Part shown: piece after piece, positions 42,506-64,000 of the stretch
How positions within the stretch are numbered: position 1 is the stretch's first letter
Layout of the letters: the number at the start of each line of letters is the position of its first letter
Origin: the human T2T-CHM13v2.0 reference genome, Homo sapiens
Assembly: GCF_009914755.1 (NCBI RefSeq)
Contig: NC_060943.1
Length of the DNA stretch: 64,000 bases
Strand: one strand, 5' to 3'
Position numbers and translations under genes: made by a program
The notes under the pieces: generated by a model
What the model was told of the DNA's origin: nothing
The model's input: only the letters and a program-made list of their open reading frames with translations
Database searches by the model: none

Positions 42506-43037
42506 TAGAGACGGGGTTTCGCCATGTTGGCCAGGCTGGTCTCAAACTCCTGACCTCAGGTGATTTCCCTGCGTCAGCCTCCCAAAGTACTGGGATTACA
42601 GGCGTGAGCCACCGAGCCCGGCCAGTTCTTTTTCATCGCTGAGTAGTATCGCATGGCACAGAATACTGCTGTTTATCCACTTACCCGTGCAAGGACGTTT
42701 GAGCTGTTCCCAGGGTTTGGCAATTATGAGTACAGTGGCTATAAACATGAGTGTAGATGAGGGTCAAGTGTAGATGTTGGTTTGAACATATAGGCTTCCA
42801 TTTCTCTTGGACAAACACCCAGAAGGGAGAGTGACTCTGGTTTTTGCTGGTTTTTGTTTTCTGTTTCTTTTTGTTGTTGTTTTTTTTTCTGAGACAGAGT
42901 CTCACTCTGTTCCCCAGGCTGGAGTGCAGTGGCGCGATCTCGGCTCACTGCAACCTCTGCCTCCCAGGTTCAAGATTCTCCTGCCTCAGCCTCCTGAGTA
43001 GCTGGGACTACAGGCGCCCGCCACCACGCCCGGCTAA

Positions 43038-43229
<192 letters not shown>

Positions 43230-43273
43230 TGAGATCATAGCTCCCTGTAGCCTTGAACTCTGGGCTCAAGTGA

Positions 43274-43513
<240 letters not shown>

Positions 43514-43516
43514 TAG

Positions 43517-43711
<195 letters not shown>

Positions 43712-45205
43712 TAAATATTGACAAGCACCTCCCTGCTGCCAGGCTCTGCTGAGAGTACTTTAGGTACATTGGCAAACAAGACAGAACAATAACAAAAAAA
43801 AAAAAAAACCAGATTTTTTAAATTCCCAGGCTCATGGAGCTTACATGCAAGCGGAGATGTTCAATAAACCATCAATGTCATATGTCAACTGTAGAGTAGC
43901 TCAGGAGTGAGTGACAGGTGTGATGGTAGGCAGAGCAGGGGAAGAGGGTGCAGGGGGTCTAGCTGTAAACAGGATGCTCTAGGGTAGCCCTCATGATAAG
44001 GGGTGACATTTGGAACAAAGACTTGAAAAAGGTGAGGACAAGAGGCATGAGGCACCACGCCCGGCTGCACTTGTGTTTAATGAAAACTATGATGGCTGCT
44101 GTGTGACCTTAGGGGACTATATTAACCTCTCTGGGCCTCCATTTCTTGGAGCATGAAGTGGTCCTTTCACTACCCACTTCCTGAGGTTCTGGGAGAAGTC
44201 TAGGATCATGCATGTTCTTGGCATAGAGTTTCTGTACAGGTGGCTCCCCTCCTGGTGCCAGGCCCTTTCCTGGGATTGGAGGGGGATGGACAGAGGGAAT
44301 TCAGAGGTTTAAGGAGGCTGTGGCCCCATCTCCTGGGGCAAGGAGGCTATGGGTCTAGAAGGTCTGCATTTAGAGGGTGACATCTGTGCTGGGAGCGGTG
44401 GCTCATGCCTGTAATCCCAGCACTTTGGGAGGCCAAGGTGGGTGGATCATGAAGTCAGGAGACCGAGACCATCCTGGCTAACACAGTGAAACCTCGTCTC
44501 TACTAAAAATACAAAAATTAGCCAGGCGTGGTGGCATGCACATGTAGTGCTAGCTACTAGGGAGGCTGAGGCAGGAGAATAGCTTGAACCGAGGAAGGCG
44601 GAGGTTGCTGTGAGCTGAGATCACACCACTACACTATAGCCTGGGCAACAGAGCAAGACTCCGTCTCAAAAAAAAATTGAAAAAAAGAGGGTGATATCTG
44701 ACCTGTGTGGAGGTGGAAGGAGGAGATGGGAAAGGCACTCAGAGAGTGGAAAATGGGCGTGCCTGGAGCTGGTGTCTGCAGCAAGGAGGCCAGAGGAGGA
44801 GGCACTGGCCTAGGCTTTGACCTGAGGGCACTGAGGTGCCACAGGAGGGCTGGGAGCAGAGGAGGGGCAGCGGAGAAGACCTGGAGGAGGCTGAGTCGAG
44901 GGCCCACAGGGAGAGGAGAAGGCCTGAGGTGGGCAGGAATGCAGGGACAGAGAAGGAACCAGGACCCAGTAGTCCATGGAGGAGGGAGGCAGGAGGGCTG
45001 GGAAGTTGGGCCTTTAAGAGTTGCATGTCTGCTGGGCACGGTGGCTCATGCCTGGAATTCCAGCACTTTGGGAGGCTGAGGCAGGCAGATCACCTGAGGT
45101 CAGGAGTTTGAGACCAGCCTGGCCAACATGGTGAAACCCTATGTCTACTAAAAATACAAAAATCAGTTGGGCGTGACGACAGGCACCTGTAGTCCCAGCT
45201 AATCA

Positions 45206-45382
<177 letters not shown>

Positions 45383-47188
45383 TCATTCCCGGGGATCACC
45401 TGCCTGCTGTGGCCACCCACCCGGAGGAGCTCTGTCTGCTGTCCCTGTCCCTGGCCTCTCGCTGGCTTAATTGTCCCTTTCATTCCTCCACTCAAATCAA
45501 GCGATATCAGCACGCCAGGCCCTGGACGTGTTTTGTGGGAACAAACAGGCCTGTTTGTCTACGTCCCAGGCGTAGAGAAGTTCATCCCGGGGCCAGATTT
45601 GTTTTACAAGGTGGACAGCAGGCACAGGGTACCTGTTTTAGGAATGCGAGAATGCAGCCACGTAGGCATGTGGGTGGGGGATAGGGGGGTCCTGGCTCTG
45701 CGCTCAGGCCCAGAGAGTGGCAGGGTCGGGGGACATTTCCAGGAGCGGGAACAGCAGCTCCAGGGGCCCAGAGGTAGGACTACTGCTCGGTGCATTTGGA
45801 GGTCTTGGCTGGACTGTGGGGTTCAGGGGGAAGGAGGGACTGAGTCTACAGGGCTGAGAGGCCACCACAGCTTGGGTTCAAATCCCAGCTCTGTTCAGCT
45901 CTTGTGTGGCCACAGTCAAATCCCTTCCCTCCTTGAAGCTCCATGTCCTCTCTATAGCAACGGAAGCTACAGCGGAGCCCAATTCTACCCCACCCACTGC
46001 ACGACAATTGGTTTGTTTGTATGTTTGTTACTAGAGTCAGGGTCTCACTCTGTCACCCAGGCTGGAGTGCAGTGGCGCAATCTCAGCTCACTGCAGCCTC
46101 AAACTCCTGGCTCAATTGATCCTCCCGCCTCAGACTCCCAAGTAGCTGGGACTACACGTGTATGCTACCACAGTCGGCTAATTTTTTATTTTTAAACAGA
46201 GACAGTGTTCTCGCTATGTTGCTCATGCTGGTCTCGAACTCCTGGCCTCAAGTAATCCTCCTGTCTTGGCCTCCCAAAGTGCTGGGACTACAGGTGCAAG
46301 CCACTGCGCCCAGCCCTTGAGGAGTTTTCAAAGTATCCACAGCACCCAGGGCTGAGAACTGCTACAGCAGCTGAAAGCCATAAGTGTCTTTGACTTTCCT
46401 TTTGTCCTGGTAAACCCCTTCATTCCTTCCTTCCTTCCTTCCTACACTCATTCAATCAAACACTGGTTGAACACCAACAAGTCCCAGCACTGTGGGCTCC
46501 ACCCTGGCCTCTGGGGAGTGGGGGAGGGACCCCCGATTTGGAGATTGTAGGTGCCAAGAGGAACGGGCAAGATGCCCTCCTATTCATTCATTTATTCCTT
46601 CAGGGCCTCTCCAAGGGCACAGGGTCTTTTCTTGTTGGCATCTGGGTTTTCCTCTCCTGTAAGCTGGGAAGGAGATTTCTCCCTCAAGGAGCTGTTGGCC
46701 AGATCAAAGACTAAAATAATGCTAAACAGAGCTTCCGTTTCCTGATAAATGTATCAGGAGCCAAGCACTTAAAATATATTATCCCGTTGAATCCCCAAGT
46801 AGGATTAAAACCTCAAAGCAGAGATTGCTCTTATCCTCACATGACAGATGAGGAAACTGAGGATCAAAGAAGTGAAGTCCGCTGCCCAAGGCACAGAAAG
46901 GACAAGTAGGACCTATGGAAGCCCAGCCAAGGCCCAGCAGGCGCTCAGTGGCTAATCCTCCTGAAAACTAATTACCTCACTGCGCCTGCCCACTGGACTA
47001 AATTTGCCTGGTAACCGATGACATCATCACTAATTCCGCGCCCACGCTCAACCTATGGGATAACTGATGACATCACTGAACAAACAAAGTAACTGCAGTT
47101 TATTGAAGGCCTACTGTGTGCGCAAGGCTGTGCTAGGCAGGCCTCCTCTGAGTTCACATAAGGCCCCGTGGTGCCTGCTACTGCATGA

Positions 47189-47539
<351 letters not shown>

Positions 47540-47643
47540 TGACCTCCCAAAGTGCTGGGACAACAGGTGTGAGCCACCGCGCCTGGTATCTTTATTAACT
47601 TTTTAAAATTAAAAATATATATATATATTTATATATATTTTGA

Positions 47644-47922
<279 letters not shown>

Positions 47923-47929
47923 TGACCAG

Positions 47930-48304
<375 letters not shown>

Positions 48305-48498
48305 TAGAGAAGGAGGGGAGGAGGAAAAGTGGGGCCGGGTCTGTTCAGAGCGGTGCCCCTGCCAGAAGTAGCCTCCCAGGGATACCCACCCGGTGCCCAG
48401 CCTCTCCCCTCCAGGTCAGTTCTCAACACTTCACCTTCCCTGACCTCCCTGGCTGAAATAGCGTCCTCGTTCTGTTCCTCCCTTTCCCCTTTACCCTC

Positions 48499-48534
<36 letters not shown>

Positions 48535-49443
48535 TAGAGATGGGGTCTCACTACATTGCCCAGGCTGGTCTTGAACTCCTGATCTCAAGTGATCCTTCTG
48601 CCTTGGCCTCCCCAAAGTGCTGGGATTACAGGCGTGAACCACCACACCTGACCATTTTTATTTTTATTTTTCGAGACAAGGTCTTGCTCTGTCACTCAGG
48701 CTGGGGTGCAGTGGTGCAATATCAGCTCATCAAACCTCCCACCTTGGCCTCCCAAAGTGCTGGGACTACAGGTGCTGGTCACCACCAAATTGTATACTTT
48801 TTTTTTTTTTTTTTGGAGGTCTTGCTCTGCTGCCCAGGCTTCAGTGTGATGGTACAATCTCGGCTCATTTCAGCCTTGACCTCCTGGACTCACATGATCC
48901 GCCCAACCTCAGCCTCCTGAGTAGCTGGAACCACACGTGTGCACCACCATGCCTGGCTAACTTTTGTGTTTTTTGTAGGGACAGGGTTTCATCATGTTGC
49001 CCAGGCTGGTCTTGAACTCCTGGGCTCAAGCGATCTTCCTGCCTCAGCCTCCCAAAGTGCTGGGATTACAGACATGAGCCACCGCGCCTGGCTAAATTGT
49101 ATACTTTAAAGTGGTGAATTACACACAATTTGAGTGTTTGAGTTTGAGACCAACCTGGGCAAAATGGCAAACCCCCCTCTATTTTTTTTTTTTTTTTTTT
49201 TTGTGACGGAGTCTCTCTGTCGCCCAGGCTGGAGTATAGTGGCATGATCTCAGCTCACTGTAACCTCTGCCTCCTGGGTTCAAGCAATTCTCTGCCTCAG
49301 CCTCCTGAGTAGCTGGGATCACAGGTGCCCGCCACCATGCGCGGCTACTTCTTTTTATTTTATTTTATTTTATTTTTGTATTTTTAGTAGAGACAGGGTT
49401 TCACCATCTTGGCCAGGCTGGTCTTGAACTCCTGACCTCATGA

Positions 49444-49725
<282 letters not shown>

Positions 49726-49981
49726 TGATCTCTTGACCTCTTGATCTGCCCACCTCGGCCTCCCAAAGTGCTGCGATTACAGGTGTGAGCCCGGTCAATA
49801 AGTAGCATTTAAATGACCAAAGGGAAATAACAAAAACTCTTCCTTCCCTTTTTTCTCCTCTCTTCCCCACCTCCTCCAACAAGTATTTATTAAACACATA
49901 TTATGTGCCAGGCAGTGTTCTAAGTACAAAGAAGGCTGCAACTCTCCAGACAGACTGAAATGTCTCCCTTTATGGAGCTCA

Positions 49982-50203
<222 letters not shown>

Positions 50204-50277
50204 TTAGCCAGGCGTGGTGGTGTGCGCCTGTAGTCCCAGCCACTTGGGAGGCTGAGGCAGGAGGATCACTTTAGCTA

Positions 50278-51627
<1,350 letters not shown>

Positions 51628-51776
51628 TAGCCAGGATGCTCTCCATCTCCTGACCTCATGATCCACCCGTCTTGGCCTCCCAAAGTGCTGGGATTACAGG
51701 CACGAGCCACCGCGCCCGGCCTTTTTCTTTTCTTTTCTTTCTTTCTTTCTTTCTTTTTTTTTTTTTTTTTTTTTGA

Positions 51777-51881
<105 letters not shown>

Positions 51882-53125
51882 TGAGTAGTTGGAATTACAG
51901 GCACCTGCCACCACGCCCAGCTAATTTTTGTATTTTTAGTAGAGACGGGGTTTCACCATGTTGGCCAGGCTGGTCTCGAACTCCTGACCTCAGGTGATCC
52001 ACCTGCCTCAGCTTCCCGAAGTGCTGGGATTACAGGCGTGAGCCACTGCTCTCGGCCTTGCATGCAAGTTCTTGTTTCTATTTTTATTTTTTGAGGCAGG
52101 GTCTCGATCTTTCGCTCAGGCTGGAGTGCAGTGGTGCAGTCTCAGCTCACTGCAGCCTTGACCTCCTGGGCTCAAGCTATCCTCCCACCTGAGCCTCCTG
52201 AGTAGCTGGGACGACAGGTGCACACCACCACGCCCAGCTAATTAAAAAAACTTTTTTTTTTTTTTCACAGACGAGATCTCACTGTGTTGCCCAGACTGGT
52301 TTCAAACTCCCGAGCTCAAGCAATTCTCCCTCCTTGGCCTCCCAAAGTGTTAGGATTATAGGAGTGAGCCTCTGCACTGGGCCCTGCGCACAAGTTCTTA
52401 CGTGGACATATGTTTTCTTTGTTTTTTATGGAGACAGGTTCTCACTGTTGCCCAGGCTGGAGTGCAGTGGCGAGATCTCTGTTCACTGCAACCTCTGCCT
52501 CCACAGGTTCAAACAATTCTCCTGCCTCAGCCTCCGGAGTAGCTGGGACCACAGACATGCACCACCACGCCCAGCTAATTTTTGTATTTTTAGTAGAGAC
52601 GGGGTTTCACCATGTTGGCCAGGCTGGTTTCAAACTCCTCACCTCAGTCAATCTACCCACCTCAGCCTCCCAAAGTGCTGGGATTATAGGCGTGAGCCAC
52701 CGTGCCAGCCCGAAGTGGCTTTATCTTTTTTCATTCTTCCCAGCAATAGATGATCCTCTATTGCCCCACATCTTCTCCAGTGATTAGCATCAACAGAGAT
52801 TTACTTATTGGAGACAAGGTCTTGCTCGGTTGCCCAGGCTGAAGTGTAGTGGGAAGATCATGGCTCACTGCAACCTCGAACTCCTGGGCACAAGTGATGC
52901 TCCCACCCCAGCCTCCCTAATAGCCACCACACCCAGCTAATTTTTGTAGCAATAAGGGTCTCTGGTTGGTCTCGAATGCCTGGGCTCAAGCGATCTTCCT
53001 GCCTCAGCCTCCCAAAGTGCTGGGATTACAGGCATGAGCCACTGTGCCTGGCCAGTTTTTTTCTAAAGCTATTTTGATAGGTGCCTACTGGTGTTTCACT
53101 GTAGTATTAATTTGCATTTCCCTAA

Positions 53126-53535
<410 letters not shown>

Positions 53536-53624
53536 TGAAGCTCACAAATATATTATTTGGTAAAGTGTTGAAATATTTTTCCTCTTTTGAATTGGATTGT
53601 TTTCTTATCATTGAGATTTGAGAG

Positions 53625-53910
53625 TTTTTTTTTTTTTTTTTTGAGACAGAGTCTCGCTCTGTCACCTAGGCTGGAGTGCAGTGGCGCGATCTCAGCTGCC
53701 TCCCAGGTTCACGCCATTCTCCTGCCTCAGCCTCCCGAGTAGCTGGGACTACAGGCGCCCACCACCACGCCCGGCTAATTTTTTGTATTTTTAGTAGAGA
53801 CGGGGTTTCACCGTGTTAGCCAGGATGGTCTCGATCTCCTGACCTTGTGATCCACCCGCCTCGGCCTCCCAAAGTGCTGGGATTACAGGCGTGAGCCACC
53901 GTGCCCGGCC
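53625..53910 (-). mobile_element. AluY-like with a short internal deletion
   Basis: CpG-rich Y diagnostics; cactgcaagctcc segment missing near 53697; gagagtt flanking duplication. Confidence 0.8.
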
Positions 53911-54080
53911 GAGAGTTCTTTATATGATGTGAGTACAGATCCTTGATCAGATACTTGTTTTGCAAATATTTTCTCCCAATCTATGGCTTGTCTTTTCATT
54001 TTCATATCAGCGTCTTCTCAGAGTATGTTTTATTATTATTATTATATTATTATTATTATTATTATTATTATTAGAGATGA

Positions 54081-54356
<276 letters not shown>

Positions 54357-54779
54357 TGATTTTGCTTATGTTTTTCTTTCTCCTTATACCTTGACATTGT
54401 CCCATCTTGGAACTTTAAACAAATAAGTTTCTGGTTTTTTTAAATAGTTCCGTGGTATTTCATAACATAGGATATACAATAATTCTTGCTTAACCAGTTT
54501 CCTAGTGACTGATATTAATGTTCAATCTTTTGCCTATGTATATACAATGTAAACTTTAAACACAATGCCTTGTACATGCAGTACTTGGCATTGAACACAC
54601 TTACCTCTAGGACAAATATCTGGACAAAGAATTGCTTGGTCAGAGTCTGTACATTTGTAATTTTGATATGTAATGGCTACATTTCCCTCTATAGAAATTG
54701 TGGAAGCTTGTTCTCTGAGCCGGGGGTGTGGTTAACACCTGAAATCCCAGCACTTTGGGAGGTCGAGGCAGGCGGATCA

Positions 54780-55023
<244 letters not shown>

Positions 55024-55102
55024 TCAGGCACGGTGGCTCATGCCTGTAATCCCAGCACTTTGGGAGGCCAAGGCAAGTGGATAGCTTAAGCCCAGGAGTT
55101 CA

Positions 55103-55300
<198 letters not shown>

Positions 55301-55329
55301 TCAAAAATAAAAAATAAAAGAAAAAACAG

Positions 55330-55998
<669 letters not shown>

Positions 55999-56045
55999 TT
56001 ACGCCTGTAATCCCAGCACTTTGGGAGGCTGAGGCAGGCAGATCA

Positions 56046-56741
<696 letters not shown>

Positions 56742-56754
56742 AAGGTGGTTGTTA

Positions 56755-57238
<484 letters not shown>

Positions 57239-57372
57239 CTAGCTACTCCAGAGGCTGAGGTGGGAGGATCACTTGAGCCTGGGAGTTGGAGGCTGAAGCT
57301 GAAGTAAGCTGTGACTGCAACAGTGCACACCAGCCCAGGTCACAGAGCGGAATCCTGTCTCAAAAAGAATTA

Positions 57373-57817
<445 letters not shown>

Positions 57818-57832
57818 TCAAAAAGAAAAAAA

Positions 57833-57986
57833 GTGGGGGTAGGGGGGAGGGATAGCATTAGGAGATATACCTAATGTTAAATGATGAGTTAATGGGTGCA
57901 GCACACCAACATGGCACATGTATACATATGTAACTAACCTGCACGTTGTGCACATGTACCCTAAAACTTAAAGTATAATAAAAAAA
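57833..57986 (+). mobile_element. 5'-truncated young L1PA 3' terminus (~150 bp)
   Basis: gggatagcattaggagatatacctaatg...gtaccctaaaacttaaagtataataaaaaaa. Confidence 0.92.
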
Positions 57987-58205
57987 GGGGTGACCCTCAA
58001 AAGTGGGCAGTGAAAAGTGAAAAGAGCAGAGATTTTTATGTCCAGACACCTGGGTTCAATTCCAGCTTTCTCCATGTATTAAAGGAGTGCCTGCTGGGCA
58101 TGATGCCTCTGCTCCCAGCACCTTGGGAGGCTGAGGCAGGAGGATTGCTTGAGCCCAGGAGTTCAAGACCAGCCTGGGCAACATAGTGGGACCGTATGTC
58201 TACTA

Positions 58206-58820
<615 letters not shown>

Positions 58821-59149
58821 ACCACTTTCCTAGCTTTGTCCCCTTGGACGAGCGACATGGTTTCTGTAAGGCTCAGTTTCTGGCTCCGAAAATGAGGTTA
58901 AGCAACCTTGCCTTCTCTGCCAGCTGTAAGGAATCAGTGTGATAAAATAGGTGGTAAATTGCTCAATAAATGCTGTCAGGCAGGGCGTGGTGGCTCACAG
59001 CTGTAATCCCAGCAGTTTGGGAGGCCGAGGTGGGCAGAGCACCTGAGGTCAGGAGTTCGAGACCAGCCTGGCCAACATGGGGAGACCTCGTCTCTACTAA
59101 AAATACAAAATTAGCCAGGCGTGGTGGTGGGCGCTTGTAATGCTAGCTA

Positions 59150-59311
<162 letters not shown>

Positions 59312-59357
59312 TTATTCTGATGATATCTCCCTCTTCAGCCCTCCCACACCCAATTAA

Positions 59358-59666
<309 letters not shown>

Positions 59667-59901
59667 TGATTCATTCAGCACCTATTTGTTAAACACCTAC
59701 TATGTGCCTGACTCTGATCTAGCACAGTGGTCAATATACACACAGAAATGCCTGCCCTTTGGCAGGGAGTGATGGCTCATGCCTGTAGTCCCAGCACTTT
59801 GGGAGGCTGAGGCGGGAGGATCACTTTGGGCCAGGAGTTTGAGACCAGCTTGGGCAACATAGTCAGACCACATCATTACAAGAAATTTTAAAAATCAGTC
59901 A

Positions 59902-60039
<138 letters not shown>

Positions 60040-60153
60040 TCAAAAAAAAAAAAAAAAAAAAAAAAAAAGCCGGTGCTGGCATGGTGGCTCACGCCTGTAA
60101 TCCCAGCACTTTGGGAGGCAGAGGCAGGCAGATCACTTGAGGCCAGGAGTTCA

Positions 60154-60788
<635 letters not shown>

Positions 60789-60789
60789 T

Positions 60790-61690
60790 GTCTGATGGGA
60801 TAAATTTACATTGGGGGGAGAGGGCTGGAGATAGAGTTAGAGGTGGGTGTGGGGCTGCAATTATAAATAAGGAGGTCAAGGGGGCCCCCAGTGAGTAAAA
60901 ACCCGGGAGGTGATGGTGGGAGCCACAGAGGTTTCTAGAGGAAGAGCATTTCAGGCAAGAGGGAAAAGCAGGTGCAAAGGCCCTGAGGTGGGTGTATCTG
61001 AGGTGCAAGAGGGAGGTCGGTGTGGCCGGAGCCAAGTGAGCAAGTGGGGAAAGGAGTGGAGATGAGGTCCGGGTGGGGAGGCAACAGGGGCCAAAATGTG
61101 CAGGGCCGCGTGGGCCCGGTGCGGACTTGAGCTCTGACCGAGTGACGAGGCAGCGCGGCAGGGATCGCAGCAGAGGAGGAGCCCGAGCGGGCTTAGGCTT
61201 CACCGGCGCCCTCTGGCGGTCAGATGGGGACCGACTGTCGAGAGAGCAGAAGCCGGGAAGCCCGAGAGGCGGCGCTGGCCGGGGTCCAGGGGAGGGGACG
61301 GTGGCTGGACTAGGGTGGTGGTCACGGAGGTATTTTGAAGGTGAGACCGGGAGGATTTGCTGACAGACTGGATGTGGGCGTGAGAGAAGGGGATGAGTCA
61401 AGGGTGACTCCAAGGTTTCGGCGGAAGCAACTGTCAGGATGGGGCAACTGGGAAGGGGAGGAGGGAGGGGAGCAGGCGGGGGAGGAAGACACGGGCTCTG
61501 CGGCGGCCCATCCCACGTCCAGCAGAGGCTGCCGGTGGGCACAGAAATGCACCCATCGGGATCTGAGGGGAGAGACTTGGGCTGACACGTCCATTTGCAA
61601 TTCCTTGGCACATATATTCTGTAATTAATCGAAGCTCCAGGACTGGGTGATATCGCCAAGGAATTGAGCGTGGACAGAGCAGAGAGGGGG
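60790..61690 (-). mobile_element. L2 LINE remnant (3' tail at about 59660-59760, separated by Alus)
   Basis: ggtgcaaaggccctgagg, tattttgaaggtgag..ggatttgctga..ggatgtggg..gagtcaagggtgactccaagg. Confidence 0.85.
61204..61222 (-). promoter_or_regulatory. Strong CTCF motif
   Basis: Minus strand TGACCGCCAGAGGGCGCCG matches the CTCF core; lies in a CpG-rich patch. Confidence 0.7.
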
Positions 61691-61699
61691 GGCTGCAAT

Positions 61700-61825
61700 C
61701 AGGAAGTCCCCAAGACCACCCTCAGGCTCAACGACTTAGCAAAACTCATAGTGTTCAGCAAAGCTGCTGGACTCCCGGGTTATAGTCAATTACAATGAAA
61801 GCAAACGTGAAAATCAGGCAAGGGG
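61700..61825. mobile_element. MER21-like LTR fragment
   Basis: gtccccaagaccaccctcaggctcaa..aaactcatag..cagcaaagctg. Confidence 0.6.
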
Positions 61826-61962
61826 GCCGGGCGCGGTGGCTCACGCCTGAAATCCCAGCACTTTCAGAGGCCAAGGTGAGCAGTTGATTGAGCCCAGGAG
61901 TTCAAGACCAGCTGGGCAACTTAGAAACACCCATCTCTACAAAAAAGTTTAAAAATTCGTCA

Positions 61963-62079
<117 letters not shown>

Positions 62080-62299
62080 TCAAGGACAGAACAAGACCTT
62101 GTTTCTTTTCTTTTTTCTTTTTCTTTCTTTTTTCTTTTTTTGAGACAGAGTTTCCCTCTTGTTGCCCAGGCTGGAGTGCAATGGCACGATCTTGGCTCAC
62201 TGCAACCTCTGCCCCTCTGCCTCCAGGGTTCAAGCGATTCTCTTGCCTCAGCCTCCCAAATAGCTGGGATTACAGGCGCCTACCACCATGCCCAGCTAA

Positions 62300-62449
<150 letters not shown>

Positions 62450-62451
62450 TA

Positions 62452-62795
<344 letters not shown>

Positions 62796-62928
62796 TCAGG
62801 ACCTAGGGGCAAGGGCCAGGCCTTTCTCTGGGCAGAAAGGAATCCTCTACAGCACAGGAATCAGGAAGGAGCCCTGGAAAGCACCAATGTTATTACAAGA
62901 CCTCACACCAGCAGCCACGTTTCTCTAA

Positions 62929-63141
<213 letters not shown>

Positions 63142-63414
63142 TAATTTTTGTATTCTTTGTAGAATGGGGGTCTCATTATGTTGTCCAGGCTGGTCTCAAA
63201 CTCCTGGGTTCAAGTTATCCTCCTGTCTCGTCCTCCCAAAGTGCTGGGATTACAGACATGAGCCACCGCAGCTGGCCAAGTGTTCTTTCTCAGCCTCCCT
63301 CCCTTTATGCCTTTGTCATTCCCTCAAGCAATTTCCAGAACCTCCTGTGTGTGGGGCTCTGGGCTAAGGCTCTAGGAACGTGTAAGACCTTGCCTGTCCT
63401 CAAGGGGTTCCTCA

Positions 63415-63880
<466 letters not shown>

Positions 63881-64000
63881 GTGGGGACAGGGTAAAGCGG
63901 GGCAGGAGGGGTGGGGAGGAGCCCCAGAGGACCCTGATGGGCAGAGGGACAGAGGAGGGGTAAGAAAGGGAGAGAGACAGAGACACAGGGCATCAAAAGG

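Overview
Primate (human-like) genomic DNA, recognisable as the 5' part of the SULT2B1 locus (cytosolic cholesterol/hydroxysteroid sulfotransferase, human chr19q13.33) on the + strand, plus about 24 kb of upstream sequence. Four coding segments splice cleanly at GT-AG sites: exon 1B (24428-24498, SULT2B1b-specific N-terminus), exon 1A/shared exon (48062 or 48088 to 48230), 59380-59588 and 63754-63880. The gene continues past the window end. By eye, about half or more of the window is Alu, interleaved with old L1M, L2, MIR, MLT1, LTR41 and MER2/MER33 remnants. Nearly all ORFs in the supplied track are Alu or simple-repeat artefacts. There are no RNA genes, CRISPR arrays or prokaryote-type systems, and I cannot demonstrate a new multi-gene system. 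The best leads are: (1) a possible decayed third first coding exon of SULT2B1 at about 15.5-15.85 kb, whose only long open frame is in phase with the shared exon; (2) a 24-unit MSR1 minisatellite with higher-order structure directly behind it; (3) a ~275-bp templated insertion inside an Alu, copied from 3.3 kb downstream; (4) a perfect 70-bp microsatellite palindrome; (5) TE-derived CTCF motifs and motif clusters (E2-box, Jun/ATF2, MARE) that may organise isoform regulation; (6) an in-frame internal splice donor that would remove the PAPS-binding loop. Repeat subfamily names and motif functions are by-eye assignments and were not verified by any search.
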